Positions 60,100 to 64,000 of a DNA stretch of 64,000 nucleotides are shown one piece after another. The stretch is from Camelus ferus (Eukaryota). A program made the position numbers and the translations under genes. Location of the stretch: contig NC_045707.1 of assembly GCF_009834535.1 (NCBI RefSeq), forward strand, positions 52,454,001 to 52,518,000, written 5' to 3'. The notes under the pieces were generated by a model. The model did no database searches and was not told where the DNA came from. It saw only the letters and a program-made list of their open reading frames with translations. Positions within the stretch are counted from its first letter, which is position 1. Every line of letters starts with the position of its first letter.

Positions 60100-61080
60100 C
60101 AGTCCCACCGGTCAATTCTGAGACAATGTGAGCATCAAAAACTAATAATCATAGAAAGAAGCTGTTATCCACTGACCACAATGAGAATCAGTCAATCTCT
60201 GAATGAATGAGTGAAAAGGAAACACTCCTCCTTCCTGCAGAAAACCAACAAGAGAAGTAGATGGGACACAATTGTGCTAGGAAACCGCTGTCTGACGCCT
60301 GTTGTTTCCGACCAGATTGGTGGGAGGAAGGGTAAGGCTCATAAGCATCTTGTTTCCATCCAAATGTCTCCCCACAAGATATTCGTTACCGGCAAAGGAA
60401 AACAGTAGGAGCGTGACCCCTGAGGAGCCTGGCAGACATCACCTCCCCCAAAGGACGGAAGTTAACGTCCCACAGGACACGGTCACATATCTCAGCCATG
60501 ACTCACCGAGATCACGTCTCTTCTGTGGTGTTTCTGCCCTGACACGTAACCTGCAGCTGATCACAACAGAACACCCAACTGCCCACAGTGAGCGACCGTC
60601 TCAAAAACAGCAGATGAAATTCATCAAAGAAAGAGAAGTGTAAGAACACTTCAGAGTGCAGGAGACGCAAGCGCTGATGACTAACTGATGTGTGACCCTG
60701 GGCTGGAAGGGGCGGAGCGGGCGGCTTTTCCTGATGGACATTATTGAGACAATCGATGACAGTTGAACACACTGTGAATTACACAACAGTATTGTATGAA
60801 TGCCAGTATTGTATCAATATTAAATTTCCTGGATTTGAACAATGTTCTGTGGTTTTATAAAAAAAAATAGCCTTGCTGTTAGGGGAATAGACTGATGCAT
60901 TTAGGGTGAAAGGGTGCAAATAAAAATATATGTAAGAGAGAGAAGGAGACAGAGAATGCACAAATCACCAAGCAAATGGGGCAGAATATTAGCAATTGGT
61001 GAATCAGGGTAAAAGAATGGGTCTACTATGCTTGCAACATTTCTGCTTGAAGTTTTATCAGGATAAAAACTTAGAAAGAG
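60100..61080 (+). mobile_element. Old L1 (L1MC/MD-like) 3' UTR relic
   Basis: gagcatcaaaactaataatcatag..cctggcagacatcacc..aagttaacgtc..atggacattattgagacaat..tatcaatattaaatttcctg..caattggtgaatc..cttgcaacatttctg. Confidence 0.7.
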
Positions 61081-63809
61081 AGAAATGAACAGAGGCTGTA
61101 GGCAAAAGAGATCCAACATGAGAGAGGCTGAAAAAGAAAACCAAGGTAACAGAACTGAAAAATGTATTTCAATACGTGACCTCAAGGGTAAAGAAAGAAC
61201 TTTTAATGCAGCAGGGCAAACTAAGACATGGGGAAAAATCAAGATAATTTTGTTTTTTTTTTTTTCCACAGTAACTTGTGCAGCAGGATGAAGATGGCTA
61301 AAGAAATGAGGAGGGAGCGAAGGCTTTCGTATCATCGAACTGTTCTTCAGGTGTGAAGGCTACAGGCAGATAGTTTAGAACTTGTGCAAACTCAGGAGAA
61401 CACTGCTCCTGGGAGCTCATCCAAGGAAGCTGTTGGAAGACACTCTTCAGCGAACCAAGAGATGTTAGAGAAACCACAAGGAGACTTAAGTAAGGATTGC
61501 ACACTTAGGAGTAAAAACCAAGACTAACTCAAATGCTGGTGCTGGGTAACCTAATGATGTAGAAATGGTGACACTGAATCAGGAAAAGAGAAAAAGGGAA
61601 AGAAATCGAGAAAAAAAAATTATCTTACTTATAATAACCTGAGTCAAAGGATCAATTTTAAGACTGACACGTTTGGTACTAGATGTACAACATTGAGAAA
61701 GATATGAAATTGCACATGGAAAAATATTTTAAAAAAGAATTATGAGGGAGACTCTGAAACAGAAAGGCAGTGGGCAAGAGTTACGCTTAAAAGACATAAA
61801 AAGATACAGAGACAGATAAGTTAAGACAGCATGGTATTGTTGTCTAACTAAATAAACCAATGGGAAACAAAAAAATTAGAAGAAAAAGTCCAGAAATTGA
61901 CCCTAGTTCAAATTTTGCACATGATAAATGAAGAAGGACAAAATAGTCTACAATTTGAGATGTTATTATTGGGCAGACATCTGGGAAAAAGCGAAGGTTT
62001 ATCCCACATCTGAAATAGGGCTGAGGTTATGCTGCAGGAAGAGGGACCTAAAATCTCAGTGGCTTCATTGACTCTAATTTCATCTAACAAAGCTTTATTA
62101 CTCATTCGTGTTCTTTATCCATCATTGAGCAGAGTGGGCAATTTGCAATTTTTATGAATATCTGAAGCTATTCGAAAAATTTTAAACAGTTCATTAAAAA
62201 AATCCAAATCCTGTCTCTTACCCTGAATGGCTGCCTTCTCTGAAGGGGGTGGGGAGCCACATAGTTTGGGGGTGTCTGTCCCCTGAACGTGCCCTCCCTT
62301 GGGACGGACGGGGTCCCTTGTCTTGTGTCCCGCACACCCTGGTCAGTGGGAGATGCACAGGTTGGGGGATTAAGCCGTTTCTGTGTGTCTGTTGCTTTCC
62401 TGAGGTCCCTGGATATGCTCATCAATCCATCTCCCAGTGACCCCCGAGTTCCTGGCCCCTGTTTTGACCTCCTTTCTGCCGCTCACAATTTGATTTATTT
62501 CTGACGAAGAATCAAAGTGTGTTAGTTCTGGAAGGAAGCTTAGACCATCTAGGCAAATCCTTTTGAGTTCATAAAACATGAAAGGGCCCCCTAGTAACAG
62601 AGGGCTCACCGCTCATCTTGACCTCGAGGGGAAGCTGACCCCCGGCCGGCCCCGCAGACCTGGAGGTCCAGGCCGGCCCTGGCCCCTCCTCCACCAGCTG
62701 GTCACTCCAACAGCAGCTCCGTTTAGATTTCCTTATGTGTGTTGTGCATACACACGGACCTACAAGTCTGCGTGTGTGTTCCTGTGGAGTCTTGAATCAA
62801 TTTACACACAACGTTTTTTTGAGGATATCTCACAGAAGAACTATTTTTTCAAATCTTTTGGAGTAAATGGAAGATAAAATACTTACCTGGCTCCTTTTCC
62901 TTTGGCTGTAAAAGCCCCTAAAACTTATTTTCAAGAGAAAGGTTCAGATCGTGTGCTTTTGATTTGTTAGTTAATGCAGCAGAACATAAAAAACAGAAAA
63001 TATTTTGACTTTCAAGCGTGGGTCTGAATTTTCCCTTAGAAACAGAGGTTGCAGTTTTCTTCGTGGAAATGCACTGCAGAATATTGTGCATCTGAATGAC
63101 TCTTTGACTGTGTTGATTCCTCCTCTGGGTGCTCTGGTGAGAGGCGGGAAACAGATCTCAAGGAAAGCGATCTGAATTCAGAGCTGTGCTTTGGGTAAGG
63201 TGTTGCAGGCTCTCAAAATAATATGTTGACTCTAGAGTGTCTGCAAATTGTCTGTGGCAACCCCAATGATTGTAATATAAATGGAGACGTTGCTGAAAAT
63301 ATGCTGCTTGTATGAGCATGGGATTTTTTGCCTCTTCTGACATATATTTGAAAATATGCAAGCTGGCAATGTGCAAATGATTTCAAAAATCATTTTAGAC
63401 CAAAAAAAGAAGACAAATCAACTAGCGCCTCCCTGAAACAGTTCCATTAAATCTCAGGGTGGGTTTCAGAAATAGAAGGAAAATACATGGGACTTGAACT
63501 GTGTGTTGTACACAGGAACTTACAGGGACTTCTTTGTTTTATTTTATTTCCCCTCTGCTTTCACTTTTGTTTAAAAATACACACAGGGCAGAAGTCAAAA
63601 TTGTAACAGTTATTTCCATAGGAGATGAGATTATTAGTGAGTTTTTTTTTTTTGCTACTTTTCTTTGCTTATTTTATTAATCTCTAAACATTTTGCAATT
63701 AATATGTATCACTTTTGTGATAAAATAGTTTTTTTTTTACATGTGCAGACTTGTTGTTTTTTAATGGGTTTATTGTTTTTGTTATTTTATTTTATTATAT
63801 TTTCGACCA

Positions 63810-63920
63810 TTTTTTAAATTGAAGTTTGGTTGATTTACAATGCTGTGTTAATTTCTGGTGTATAGCATAGTGATTCAGTAATACATACATATACATGTTC
63901 TTTTTCATACTTTTTTCCAT
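63810..63920 (-). mobile_element. Very short L1 3' terminal fragment
   Basis: ttttttaaattgaagtttggttgatttacaatgctgtgttaatttctggtgtatagcatagtgattcag. Confidence 0.8.
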
Positions 63921-64000
63921 AGTGACTTTTTAAAATACTGCTTTTTAATGCCTCTCAGAGCTCAGAGGCAATCTGCCTAATGTTTATCCTGATTCCTAAT

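Noticed and set aside
1..64000. CRISPR array, operon, defence system or other novel multi-gene system
   Set aside because: There are no repeat-spacer arrays or gene-dense segments. The window is explained by one spliced mammalian gene plus eutherian repeats.

Overview
This is mammalian (eutherian) genomic DNA, not prokaryotic. The window holds most of one spliced gene on the minus strand: ST6GAL2 (beta-galactoside alpha-2,6-sialyltransferase 2). Four coding exons have canonical AG/GT boundaries and compatible phases: 18713-17786, 9353-9256, 8299-8198 and 5539-5365, giving 1303 coding nt. The terminal coding exon was not found and should lie to the left of position 1. A strong CpG island at about 44.9-46.7 kb is the likely promoter and non-coding first-exon region, implying a first intron of about 27 kb. 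The rest is intronic or upstream DNA rich in repeats: short tRNA-derived SINEs resembling the camelid vic-1 family (hence probably a camelid genome), 5'-truncated L1 3' ends, older L1M, L2 and MIR pieces, hAT DNA-transposon relics, MaLR/ERVL LTR relics and microsatellites. Repeat family names and cross-species comparisons come from memory and need RepeatMasker/Dfam or alignment confirmation. Nearly all ORFs in the supplied track are spurious. I found no evidence for a previously undescribed biological system. The best leads are modest: a candidate intronic stop plus poly(A) site truncating ST6Gal II, signs of GC-biased evolution of exon 2 and nearby repeats, a Thr in sialylmotif L, several candidate first-exon donors, and candidate enhancers.
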